A stretch of 47,897 nucleotides of DNA from an uncultured Muribaculaceae bacterium (GCA_964619545.1 CAZUED010000001.1:1-47897), one strand, 5' to 3'; positions 36,118 through 44,769 are shown, counted from the first letter of the stretch. Numbers and translations are program-made. Notes: a model not told the origin generated them from the letters alone.

Positions 36118-38532
36118 GTGCAAGATTTTTTTAATTTTTTTGTATCAGATATATCATCACCAACAACATTTGTGATGTTTGGTGCTATTATACTTTTTGT
36201 AATAATTATGTATTTTTATTCAAATGTATTATCAAAAACAATTTTGCCAAAATTTGGATATAGAAAATACTCTGATTATCTGCCTTTTTCATCAATTTAT
36301 TCTGATAATACAACTATTGGTTTGTTAGATGGGTCTATTGTCAGGGCTTATGAAATTGCTGGAATTCAGACATCTATGCATGATGATGAAACCAAGAAGA
36401 AGTTTTTAGAGCTACGAGCTCAATTATTAAATCAAATTAAAGATCCAACAATAACAATTAGATTTTTTATGATTCGTGATGCTGTCCAGCAAAACACTAA
36501 TTATGAATTTGATCAACCTATTTTACAAAAAATTAGCGATAACTGGAACGCCCAAGGATTAAAAATTTTCAAAAATTCATATTATGCTGTAATCAGTATA
36601 GCTGGCGGTGCACATGATAAAATGGCGCAAGTTTCAACTTATTTTGAATCAATTATGGCCGCATACAAACCGGTTTTATTAAAACATAATTCGACCAAGA
36701 ATTTTGCATCTCTTTATGCGCGTATTTTATCGCCATTATCAAAACCTGGTGTTTTTAGAACTGATTCTAATATGTCAAATTTAATAACAACCGATGAGAT
36801 AAGTTTTGGTTTTGACGGAATTATTACAGCTTCACATGGGTCTGATAAAAAGTATATGGCTATGGCGTCGTTTAAAACATCACCAGATTTTATGGATGAA
36901 GAATTTTTTGATTCAATTGGAACAATCCAGACAGAATTAATTTGTATGAGTGCTTTTAACGTTTTGGGATCATCAAAAACAGAAACAATTATTCGTCAAA
37001 AAATGGCCAGCAGCGATTCTAATAAAAACGAAAGTGGTGATGTTGCCACTCAGCAGATTGGTGAAGCATTATACTCGATGGATGAAAATGTAACAGGAAA
37101 TCAAAGCCTGATGGATTATTATCCTCTTTTTGTTCTTTCTGGTGATACAAAAGAAGAGTTGTCAGAACATATAAACGAGTTTAATAAAATTTGTGCAGGA
37201 TTTGGAATTTCACCTGTGGTGGAAAGTTTTGCTGCAAAAGTTTCTTGGTTTGCAATGTTACCCGGATTTGATGTTTTCCCACGTTCATTCAAGTTGCTTT
37301 CTATGACTGCCGCAACAAGTTTTCCATTATCCAGCTCGCCAGTTGGGGTTGAAAATTCTGATTGGGGCCCAGGTCCACTGGTTATATTTCCAACCAGCAG
37401 TGGAACACCATATCAGTTCCAATTTCATGTATCTGAATCTGCAGCGGCGGTTGCGCATACATTAACAATTGGACCAACAGGTGGTGGAAAAACAACATTA
37501 TTTTCTTTCTTGATTTCAATGTCACTGCGACATCAAAAATTAAAAGCATTCTTTTTTGATAGAAATCGCGGGGCAGAAATCTTTACATTGGCAACAGGTG
37601 GAAAATATCTGACCTTTAATGCAAAGTCTAAAGATAAAGTTGCGGCAGGTTTCGAGACCCGACTAAATCCATTCAAGTTGGATGACACAGACGCTAATCG
37701 CGCTTTTCTGCGACGTTGGCTGATGATGATCTCTGGGCAAAACGATCCACAATCTTTGGATGAAATAGCGCGCGCAGTATCGGTAAATTTTGATTATTTA
37801 GATGAAAGTCAAAGAAAGTTGAAAAATTTGTGGGTATCTAATTTTGCATCAGATGGCAAAATGCGTCCGGCGTTAAAACAATGGGTTGATGATTTGCAAT
37901 ATGGCAGTATCTTTAACGAAAATACCGATACATTGGATTTATTCTCACGTCTTACTACATTTGATTTTACTGATGTTTTGGCGGATGAAACTTTGGCGCC
38001 AGCGGTAATTTCTTATATATTACACAGAATAAATACAGCAACCGTGTCTGGTGGAAATCCTGCATTAATTATGATTGATGAAACCGCGCCCATGTTGGAA
38101 AATAAAATGTTCCGCGATAACTTTGTTGTTGGTTTGCAAGAAGGAAGAAAAAACAGACAAGCGTACATGGCGGCATTCCAGCGCGCAAATGTTTTGGATA
38201 AATTGGGCATCGGTGACGTTGTCCGTGGTCAGGCACAAACGATCTTGTTCTTCCGCAATCCTGGTGCTGACACGGCGGATTACGAGCACTGGAAGCTGAA
38301 CCCATTAGAAATGGCATTTATCCAAGGGCGCGCTTATCCTAATCTGAAACGTGCAGTTTTGTTGTCGCGTCCTGTTACTGGCGAGTCCGTAATTTTGAAC
38401 ACAGAATTAGGAGGCCTGGGCAGCTTGCTTCGATTATTCGAGTCAGGTCGTTCATCGGTATTATTAGCAGAGGAATTGTATAAACAATACGGGAATCAGT
38501 TTGTTGAAGAATACTTACGCAAGACCGCATAA
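36118..38532 (+). CDS. virB4: Type IV secretion system ATPase VirB4
   Basis: 804 aa. GTG at 36118 (alternative ATG at 36175). ...DYLPFSSIY...GLLDGSIVRAYEIAGI..., Walker A GPTGGGKTT, Walker B region ALIMIDETAPML. Confidence 0.92.
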   Translation: MQDFFNFFVSDISSPTTFVMFGAIILFVIIMYFYSNVLSKTILPKFGYRKYSDYLPFSSIYSDNTTIGLLDGSIVRAYEIAGIQTSMHDDETKKKFLELRAQLLNQIKDPTITIRFFMIRDAVQQNTNYEFDQPILQKISDNWNAQGLKIFKNSYYAVISIAGGAHDKMAQVSTYFESIMAAYKPVLLKHNSTKNFASLYARILSPLSKPGVFRTDSNMSNLITTDEISFGFDGIITASHGSDKKYMAMASFKTSPDFMDEEFFDSIGTIQTELICMSAFNVLGSSKTETIIRQKMASSDSNKNESGDVATQQIGEALYSMDENVTGNQSLMDYYPLFVLSGDTKEELSEHINEFNKICAGFGISPVVESFAAKVSWFAMLPGFDVFPRSFKLLSMTAATSFPLSSSPVGVENSDWGPGPLVIFPTSSGTPYQFQFHVSESAAAVAHTLTIGPTGGGKTTLFSFLISMSLRHQKLKAFFFDRNRGAEIFTLATGGKYLTFNAKSKDKVAAGFETRLNPFKLDDTDANRAFLRRWLMMISGQNDPQSLDEIARAVSVNFDYLDESQRKLKNLWVSNFASDGKMRPALKQWVDDLQYGSIFNENTDTLDLFSRLTTFDFTDVLADETLAPAVISYILHRINTATVSGGNPALIMIDETAPMLENKMFRDNFVVGLQEGRKNRQAYMAAFQRANVLDKLGIGDVVRGQAQTILFFRNPGADTADYEHWKLNPLEMAFIQGRAYPNLKRAVLLSRPVTGESVILNTELGGLGSLLRLFESGRSSVLLAEELYKQYGNQFVEEYLRKTA

Positions 38533-38539
38533 AATTATT

Positions 38540-39154
38540 ATGAAAAAAATTATAATAACTCTTTCAATATTTTATTTTTTCACTTTTTCACTTTATGCGT
38601 CGGATTGTTTGCAGTATAAAGCCTCGCCATCGGTAAAAATAACAACTCCAGAATGGAGCAAAAAGGTCGCACAACCAGATGTTCCTATGGACGCGATGCA
38701 TGGAACGGTTGTCGCCAGTTTTGATGAAGAGTATGATTTGCAAGTTGCCGCTCAACCAGTGTCAGATGGCTATTGTGTAATTTTGAACAAGTTAGATGCG
38801 ACGCTGGGTTATACGGGTTTTTTGGTGAATATAGACCGGTCTCATACGCCAGGTTCATGTGGATACACAATGACTTTGGAACATGAAGAAGAGCATATTT
38901 ATGCTCACCTAGAAGCGTTCAAAAATGAATTTGAAAACATGAAAAAATCAACACAAGCAGCAGCAGATAGCATCATGCCGATTTTTGTAAAAAGTCTGGA
39001 CGGAGTCAATGACGCACTGGACAAGATGCAGCAAGAATTACAATCTCACCCGGATATAGTTTTGATGAAGCAAAAGTTGAGCGCCAGTCAAGAAATCTTA
39101 AACAAGAAAGTGGACGAGCGCGACGACGGAGTCCGAATAAATTTGTGTAAATAA
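38540..39154 (+). CDS. Secreted hypothetical protein with HExxH motif (possibly DUF922-like metallopeptidase), in the virB5 position
   Basis: ATG at 38540, 8 nt after the virB4 stop. Signal peptide MKKIIITLSIFYFFTFSLYA. HEEEH at nt 38882-38896. C-terminal about 80 aa predicted helical (KNEFENMKKSTQAAADS...QQELQSH...). Confidence 0.6.
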   Translation: MKKIIITLSIFYFFTFSLYASDCLQYKASPSVKITTPEWSKKVAQPDVPMDAMHGTVVASFDEEYDLQVAAQPVSDGYCVILNKLDATLGYTGFLVNIDRSHTPGSCGYTMTLEHEEEHIYAHLEAFKNEFENMKKSTQAAADSIMPIFVKSLDGVNDALDKMQQELQSHPDIVLMKQKLSASQEILNKKVDERDDGVRINLCK

Positions 39155-39181
39155 AAAAAACTGCCGCAACCGGCAGTTTTT
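39153..39181. terminator. Bidirectional terminator between the HExxH gene and the SIMPL gene
   Basis: CTGCCG-CAAC-CGGCAG (39161-39176) flanked by A8 and T5. The genes are convergent. Confidence 0.8.
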
Positions 39182-39935
39182 ATTTAAGGTAAAAACTTAT
39201 CGTCGACACGACACGAATTTTTTTATAAATCGATTGTTTTTCATCATAGTTAAATCCAGCAACAGGGTCGCGCGGCTCTATACTGAAAACCCCTTGAGTC
39301 GCATTTTGTATAGGACCCAGTTTTGCCCCAGCATCTTTTGCAAATTGCTGTGCGGCCTGACCTGCGTTTTTTGTAGCCTGTTCAATCATCGATATTTTAA
39401 TGTCGTTCAAGCCATTAAATACATAGACAGGTCCAGTATAATCTTCTTTAATAGTTATTCCTTGGCGAACCAAATCGCCCATTCTTCTAGAAGTATTATC
39501 AACCATATTTACATTATTTGATCGAACCATGACACCAGTTTCAATAACATAGCGACCTTGGTTTTTATCCGACGAAATGTTTTCTTTCAAAGAAATAGGA
39601 TCATAGCCCGCAAAGTTGTCGCGCACCTGAACACGAGTGTTTTGAATTTCGGATTCAGCAAAGCCCGAATCAATCAAGAATTTTTTAATTTTCAAAATGT
39701 CTGAATCAACCGCAGTCTGTAAAGCAGCCAAGTCCCCACCGACTTTGGAAATGTTGATGTTCCAAACTGCCATATCAGCAACGGCGTCTCGCTCGGCCAA
39801 GCCCTTGACCGAAACGATACGTTTATTGCCAGCATTATAAACACCATTTCCGACAAAATATCCGCCCAAAACCAGCCCCAGCGATAAAACTGCTGCCGCC
39901 GGCAGCAAGTACTTTTTTATATTTTCGTCTTTCAT
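39180..39935 (-). CDS. SIMPL domain (BP26/Omp28-like) periplasmic protein
   Basis: 251 aa. N-terminal TM/signal, then ...RIVSVKGLAERDAVADMAVWNINI... and overall size and pattern typical of DUF541/SIMPL. Confidence 0.7.
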   Translation of the reverse strand: MKDENIKKYLLPAAAVLSLGLVLGGYFVGNGVYNAGNKRIVSVKGLAERDAVADMAVWNINISKVGGDLAALQTAVDSDILKIKKFLIDSGFAESEIQNTRVQVRDNFAGYDPISLKENISSDKNQGRYVIETGVMVRSNNVNMVDNTSRRMGDLVRQGITIKEDYTGPVYVFNGLNDIKISMIEQATKNAGQAAQQFAKDAGAKLGPIQNATQGVFSIEPRDPVAGFNYDEKQSIYKKIRVVSTISFYLK

Positions 39936-39980
39936 GACATTCTCTCTTGTTCAGCCAAAACATTATAGCAGAGAAAAGAA

Positions 39981-41075
39981 TTATTTACAATGGATAGACA
40001 AATCAAAACGCCTTTGCTTGTAAAATACGAACACAGGGATAAATCCAAACAACTTGTACTTTATCTTGCTAGGTTTGTTTTTGATTGTCAGCAATGGAAA
40101 GAAACCGAAAAGCTCAATCTTGGTCTCTTTGCTTTTGCGCTTTAATAAATAAAGCAGTAATCCAGTCTCGTTTTCAGAAATTAAAAAGTTCCACAAATCT
40201 ATATCTAACGAAGTCAATAGTTCTGGGCTGCGGCATTTTTTGAATAAAGCGATAGCAGATTTGACGACAAAAAATTGACTTTGCATCGAGAGATTTCTGT
40301 AAAACAAATCTGATAAAATTCGACTTAATCTGCCCGAGCAAGCAATGTCATAAGAAACCCGGTCTAAATTCAATTGGTTTATAAAACTAATAATGTTGTC
40401 GAAAGACGCGATAGAGGATTTGACCTTTGCGTATGACAAGCGTGGTGAGTCCAAACTGCCGGGACGGCGAATATAGTTATAAAAAGTCCCCGGCGCAAAA
40501 GCAATTTGGTCGGTGGTAAAAACAGCGCGAGTCAAAAAAGCAATGTCTTGGGCGACAATAATTCCAACGGGGAAGGTGATTTTATTGTGAATTAAAAAAT
40601 CGCGGCGATAAATGGCGGTTGTAAATTCGCCTTGGAACCAGGCCTTGTTTTCTTTTATCTTGGCAAGTCGATTGCTAAGTTTAATTTCACCATTGGGCTC
40701 AAAGGTTTTTAGCTCGGCCTTTGCAATGTCTGCGTCCGCAGCGGTTGCGGCAGCGTAAAGTCTTTCATAGAAATCAAGGTCAACAAAATCGTCCGGATCA
40801 ACAAAGCCAACATATTCGCCGCGCGCGGCGCCCAGGCCTGCATTGCGGGCAACAGCCGCGCCTCCGTTTTCAGGCAATTGAATAATAGTAATTTTTGCTG
40901 GATACTTTTTTTGATAGTCCAGCAAAACAGATAAAGAGTCATCGGTTGAAGCATCATCGACGCAGATAATTTCGATATCGGACAAGGTTTGATTCAACAA
41001 GGAATCCAAAGCGCGCGGCAGCCAAGGCGCGACATTGAAAACAGGGACAATAACAGAAACTTTGATAAGGGACAT
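39981..41075 (-). CDS. Glycosyltransferase family 2
   Basis: I prefer the ATG at 41075 (GGAG RBS). MSLIKVSVIVPVFNVAPWLPRALDSLLNQT, DDASTD, GFVDPDD (DxD). The C-terminal about 150 aa has no recognisable domain. Confidence 0.88.
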   Translation of the reverse strand: MSLIKVSVIVPVFNVAPWLPRALDSLLNQTLSDIEIICVDDASTDDSLSVLLDYQKKYPAKITIIQLPENGGAAVARNAGLGAARGEYVGFVDPDDFVDLDFYERLYAAATAADADIAKAELKTFEPNGEIKLSNRLAKIKENKAWFQGEFTTAIYRRDFLIHNKITFPVGIIVAQDIAFLTRAVFTTDQIAFAPGTFYNYIRRPGSLDSPRLSYAKVKSSIASFDNIISFINQLNLDRVSYDIACSGRLSRILSDLFYRNLSMQSQFFVVKSAIALFKKCRSPELLTSLDIDLWNFLISENETGLLLYLLKRKSKETKIELFGFFPLLTIKNKPSKIKYKLFGFIPVFVFYKQRRFDLSIHCK

Positions 41076-41091
41076 AACTAACTCCATGGTT

Positions 41092-41206
41092 GAAAAAACC
41101 GCCAAAGAATTGGCGGTCGGGGAGTTTAGAAGTCATTACTCATAACCCCGCGCTTTTGGTCAAGACCTATGGTATAGCTAACGGCTCCCCGACCATGGTC
41201 GGGGGA
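41092..41206 (-). promoter_or_regulatory. Structured 5' leader of the GT2 gene: intrinsic terminator plus three mutually exclusive pairing segments
   Basis: In minus sense, ACCGCCAA-TTCT-TTGGCGGT + T6 (41092-41117) lies 17 nt before the ATG. Plus-strand GGTCGGGGAG (41115-41124), CTCCCCGACC (41185-41194) and GGTCGGGGGA (41197-41206): the middle segment can pair with either flank. Confidence 0.5.
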
Positions 41207-41467
41207 TTTTAACGACGCACGCGCGTCGGAGTAAAAGAGCTTCTAACGGCCCGAACCCAAAATCCCTTTCGGTTTCATTGAAAAGTATAACACACCCCAC
41301 CCAAAATGCAAATGATTGATTTTACAATTGTTTCCGATTCGTGGTATTAAAAAAATGCCCCAGAACACTATGTTTTCTGCGGAATAAAAAAACCTTGCTT
41401 TAATTTTGGAAAAAATATAAGAATCGGATAAAGGGCTCAATTCCTTTCGAAATCAAGCCCCGAAACC

Positions 41468-41511
41468 AGCAAGATAATCTTACTAGCCAAACACTTACAG
41501 ATTATCTTGCT
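41468..41511. repeat. 13-bp perfect inverted repeat with an 18-nt spacer
   Basis: AGCAAGATAATCT (41468-41480) and AGATTATCTTGCT (41499-41511), about 60 nt upstream of the small ORF at 41570. Confidence 0.8.
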
Positions 41512-41569
41512 CCGATTCACTTGTCAATCATATTTTCGATTGGCAGCATTTCTTAAAAAGGAGCTTAAA

Positions 41570-41695
41570 ATGGCAAATGGTATACGTACCACCGCAAAAA
41601 CAGCATCCAAAGCATCTGATCTTTTAAGGAGTTCTAATACTTCATCAAAGACAAAATCTGTTGCTGCAGGATGTTTGGGCAATAGAGGCAAATAA
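41570..41695 (+). CDS. Small hypothetical protein (41 aa, K/S/T-rich)
   Basis: ATG at 41570, preceded by AAAGGAG with 7-nt spacing. MANGIRTTAKTASKASDLLRSSNTSSKTKSVAAGCLGNRGK. Followed directly by a strong terminator. Confidence 0.5.
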   Translation: MANGIRTTAKTASKASDLLRSSNTSSKTKSVAAGCLGNRGK

Positions 41696-41697
41696 CC

Positions 41698-41722
41698 AAA
41701 CCCGCCATTTGGCGGGTTATTT
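41698..41722. terminator. Bidirectional terminator between the small ORF and the KTSC gene
   Basis: AACCCGCC-ATTT-GGCGGGTT (41698-41717) followed by ATTTT. Confidence 0.8.
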
Positions 41723-41729
41723 TGATTTT

Positions 41730-41942
41730 TTACCTGATTTTCTCAAAACGATATTTATCTTTAATATGGTGGTCAAAATAAGTCCCGACAGAAGATGTAA
41801 AAATCAAGCCTTGGTATTCCGAGGTCGGAACTTGAAAATATCTGTATATTCCGCCACTATGAAATTCGATTTCTAAAATAAAGTTAATTTGATCAAAGCC
41901 AACACTTTTTATATTGCTAGACTTGACATTAACTCTATCCAT
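41730..41942 (-). CDS. KTSC domain-containing protein
   Basis: I prefer the ATG at 41942. MDRVNVKSSNIKSVGFDQINFILEIEFHSGGIYRYFQVPTSEYQGLIFTSSVGTYFDHHIK matches the KTSC pattern (SSxIxxxGYD...LxVxFxxGxxYxYxxVPxxxYxxLxxAxSxGxYFNxxI). Confidence 0.72.
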   Translation of the reverse strand: MDRVNVKSSNIKSVGFDQINFILEIEFHSGGIYRYFQVPTSEYQGLIFTSSVGTYFDHHIKDKYRFEKIR

Positions 41943-42062
41943 AATAGCCTTCTTTGGTTGTATTACATTAACAATACAATCAAATTTTAATAAAATAAAA
42001 TGGATTTTATTCCTTTTTATAAAACAAAAAACCACCCATAAGGGATGATTTTACTTTTTATT

Positions 42063-42139
<77 letters not shown>

Positions 42140-42195
42140 ATAATGCCGCCATTCTATCCTCTTTTTCCTCAATGTCAAGTCTTTCAACACATTCC

Positions 42196-42224
42196 TTGAA
42201 TTTTTTATTCTTTCGTGCTATCTT
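42196..42224 (+). promoter_or_regulatory. Candidate sigma70-type promoter of the DUF374-lpxK-lpxC operon
   Basis: TTGAAT (42196-42201), N17, TATCTT (42219-42224). The -10 element ends only 9 nt before the ATG at 42234 and no SD sequence is visible, which would imply a leaderless or near-leaderless mRNA. Confidence 0.35.
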
Positions 42225-42233
42225 CTAACCGCT

Positions 42234-42953
42234 ATGAAGAAAAAATTTAGAGATGTTTGGAAAAAATTTTGGCGCAAATTCTTTGGCGCTCCTCCTATCC
42301 AATGGCTCTTGGCTATTTTTATGCTTGTCGGAATTTACCTTGTTTATTTTACTTCGAAAAAAGACATTCGTGGCGAGGCCTTGTTCCGCGAATATAGCCG
42401 CAAGCCTGCCATTTTCGTTTTCTGGCATGGGCGCAGTATGATGCTGTCCCCTATCGTTCGTAAGTGTGGAGTTCGTGGTTATGCCCTGTCTTCTCGCCAT
42501 AAAGATGGTCGCATGATGGCAAAGCTTCAACGCTTGTTCGGATTAAAAGCTATTTACGGCAGCACCGGTCGCGATGGCGCTGTGTCTGCCCTTCGTCAGG
42601 GTGTGCGCCGCCTGAACGAGGGCTATGTGTTGGCGCTGTCCCCCGACGGACCAAAAGGGCCGTTGATGCGCTTGAATGACGGCGCTTTGTATTACTCGCG
42701 CATGACTGGCGCGCCCATCATTCCTGTGTGTTTTTCTTGCTCGCGCCCTTGGTTTCAAAAGCGTTGGGATCGTTATTTAATTGCGACTCCGTTTTCTAAA
42801 ATCGCGTGCAGTGTCGGACAGCCTATTTTTATCACCAAAGACAATTTTGACGGCGCAAAAGAAAATCTTGAACAGATGATGATAAAGCAGCTGCAAGATA
42901 TGGATGCCGAGTTCGGTTTGCCAAAAATGCAACCCGGTCCTGTTAAAAAATGA
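42234..42953 (+). CDS. DUF374 domain protein (lysophospholipid acyltransferase-like)
   Basis: 239 aa. ...IFVFWHGRSMML...SSRHKDGRMMAKL...GSTGRDGAVSALR...LSPDGPKGP... typical of DUF374, a family usually linked to waaA/lpxK in alphaproteobacteria. Confidence 0.8.
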   Translation: MKKKFRDVWKKFWRKFFGAPPIQWLLAIFMLVGIYLVYFTSKKDIRGEALFREYSRKPAIFVFWHGRSMMLSPIVRKCGVRGYALSSRHKDGRMMAKLQRLFGLKAIYGSTGRDGAVSALRQGVRRLNEGYVLALSPDGPKGPLMRLNDGALYYSRMTGAPIIPVCFSCSRPWFQKRWDRYLIATPFSKIACSVGQPIFITKDNFDGAKENLEQMMIKQLQDMDAEFGLPKMQPGPVKK

Positions 42954-43843
42954 AAACACCAACTTGGTTTTTAAGAAAAAATTTAATTGCTTGGCTTTTG
43001 TTGCCTGTATCTGTTGTGTATTTTATTGCTTCGTATCTGGTTTATTTTTACCGGCTTTTTCGGCAAAAATCGTCAAAAACACCGGTAATTTGCATAGGCG
43101 GATTATTAGCCGGAGGCGTTGGCAAGACTCCAATAGTTCGAGAAATTGCCAAAAAGACCGGCTCTGCGGTCGTTTTGCGTGGCTATAAAGGTGGGGACGA
43201 AGCGCGAATGTTATCCGGATCTGGGCTGTCTGTTTTTGTTGGCGCGGATCGCTTACAAAGTATAAAAAGTGCTGAAAAGGCCGGCTTTGCATCAATAGTC
43301 ATGGATGATGGTTTTCAAAATCCCAGCATAAAAAAAGACATTTCCATTTTAGTTTTTGATGGAAAAATTGGTGTTGGTAATAGTTTTATTTTGCCTGCTG
43401 GACCTTTGCGACAGCCGCTTTGCGCTGTTCGTCGTGCGGACGCCATTATTATCATAGGCAATAAAAATCAATTGATTGCGCGTGATTTAAAAAAATTTGG
43501 CGTGCCAATTTTTTATGCTGAAAATAAAACAATTTTACCAGTCAAAATTCGCAAATTTATCGCCTTTGCGGGAATTGGTTATCCTGAAAAATTTTTCGAT
43601 GGGTTATCTGTAAAGCCAATTAAAACTTTATCTTTTCCGGATCATTATGAATATACGGCATCGGATATAAAAAAATTATTAGCCATAGCAGATGCTGAAA
43701 AATCCGGCCTTTTGACCACTGAAAAAGACTGGGTTCGATTGCCGGTCGCTGTTCGTCGCAAAATTAAATTTGCCGCATTAGAAACAACTATTTCTGATGA
43801 ATTTTATTCTTGGTTAGAAAAACAAATGGTAATTAAAAAATGA
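42950..43843 (+). CDS. lpxK: Tetraacyldisaccharide 4'-kinase
   Basis: 297 aa. N-terminal membrane helix, P-loop GGLLAGGVGKTP, MDDGFQN. Confidence 0.9.
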   Translation: MKTPTWFLRKNLIAWLLLPVSVVYFIASYLVYFYRLFRQKSSKTPVICIGGLLAGGVGKTPIVREIAKKTGSAVVLRGYKGGDEARMLSGSGLSVFVGADRLQSIKSAEKAGFASIVMDDGFQNPSIKKDISILVFDGKIGVGNSFILPAGPLRQPLCAVRRADAIIIIGNKNQLIARDLKKFGVPIFYAENKTILPVKIRKFIAFAGIGYPEKFFDGLSVKPIKTLSFPDHYEYTASDIKKLLAIADAEKSGLLTTEKDWVRLPVAVRRKIKFAALETTISDEFYSWLEKQMVIKK

Positions 43844-44769
43844 TAAAAAGTGTTAAATTTTCAGGCGTTGGAATTCACTCGGGCGTTATGACCAATGTCG
43901 TTGTAAGCCTATCAAAAACGCCGGGCATTGTCTTTTACAGGGTTGATTTACCAACCCCCGAACCAATTCCTGCGGTTTGGGATAATGTTCAAAATACTGG
44001 TTTGATGAGCACTTCTATTGGCACGGCCCCAAATCAAGTTCAGACTATCGAGCATTTTATGGCGGCTTTATTCATTTGTGGAATTGATTCTGCAATCGTA
44101 GAAATTGATGGTTCGGAATTTCCAATTATGGACGGAGGCGCAAAAAGCTTTATTGAAATTTTGCAACCGATTGCCAACTATAAAATTAAGCCCAAAAAAA
44201 TAATTGTTAAAAAAGAAGTTATGGCAACTCGTCAGGAAGTCATTAAAAAAATGCCGATTCTAAAACGTTTGGCTTTATGGATTCATGGCAAGAAAACTGG
44301 TCGCAAGGAAGATGGCTTTGTTAAATTATCCCCGGATGCGCGAGGATTTTCAATGGATGTGACTTTGGATTATCCTGATAAAATTATTGGCGTGCAAAGT
44401 GTAGAGTTTCTTTTCGACGGCAGTATTGCTGCACGTAAAGATTTTATCAAAAATTTTTCTCATACCCGTACTTTTGGCAGAATTTGGGAATGGGAGTATC
44501 TGAAAAAGCGCGGAATGGGCATGGGAGCAAATGAAAACAACGTTATTGCAATCAATGAAACTGGTGATGGAGTGTTAAACAAACTTTATTCTCCGGATGA
44601 ATTTGTCAGACATAAATTGATTGATGCTTTGGGTGATTTTTACACCAGTGGAGGAATGATTGTTGGGAATTTAAAGTCTGTAAAAGGAAGTCATGCTTTG
44701 AACAATCTTGTTTTGCAAAAGCTGTTTGCAGACCCATCAAATTACGAAATAAAGGAAGGCAGAATATGA
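43840..44769 (+). CDS. lpxC: UDP-3-O-acyl-N-acetylglucosamine deacetylase
   Basis: 309 aa. GVGIHSG, TIEHFMAAL, EFPIMDGGAKSF, FVRHKLIDALGDF. Confidence 0.94.
   Translation: MIKSVKFSGVGIHSGVMTNVVVSLSKTPGIVFYRVDLPTPEPIPAVWDNVQNTGLMSTSIGTAPNQVQTIEHFMAALFICGIDSAIVEIDGSEFPIMDGGAKSFIEILQPIANYKIKPKKIIVKKEVMATRQEVIKKMPILKRLALWIHGKKTGRKEDGFVKLSPDARGFSMDVTLDYPDKIIGVQSVEFLFDGSIAARKDFIKNFSHTRTFGRIWEWEYLKKRGMGMGANENNVIAINETGDGVLNKLYSPDEFVRHKLIDALGDFYTSGGMIVGNLKSVKGSHALNNLVLQKLFADPSNYEIKEGRI

Noticed and set aside
41100-41290. Possibility that the GC-rich structured segment is SRP RNA, tmRNA, 6S or RNase P RNA
   Set aside because: I could not find the conserved SRP domain IV motif, a tmRNA tag frame with T-arm and ACCA end, or the RNase P GGAAAGUCC-type motif. 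Its position and the terminator fit a cis-acting leader better. An Infernal scan is still needed.
41243-41440. 65-aa minus-strand ORF in the long spacer
   Set aside because: It has no RBS, an implausible composition, and overlaps the structured GC-rich leader. It is more likely non-coding.
41943-42062. Terminator downstream of tRNA-fMet (CATCCC...GGGTGG + T6GT4 in minus sense)
   Set aside because: Only about 3-4 base pairs can form, so the stem is too weak to call despite the U-tract.
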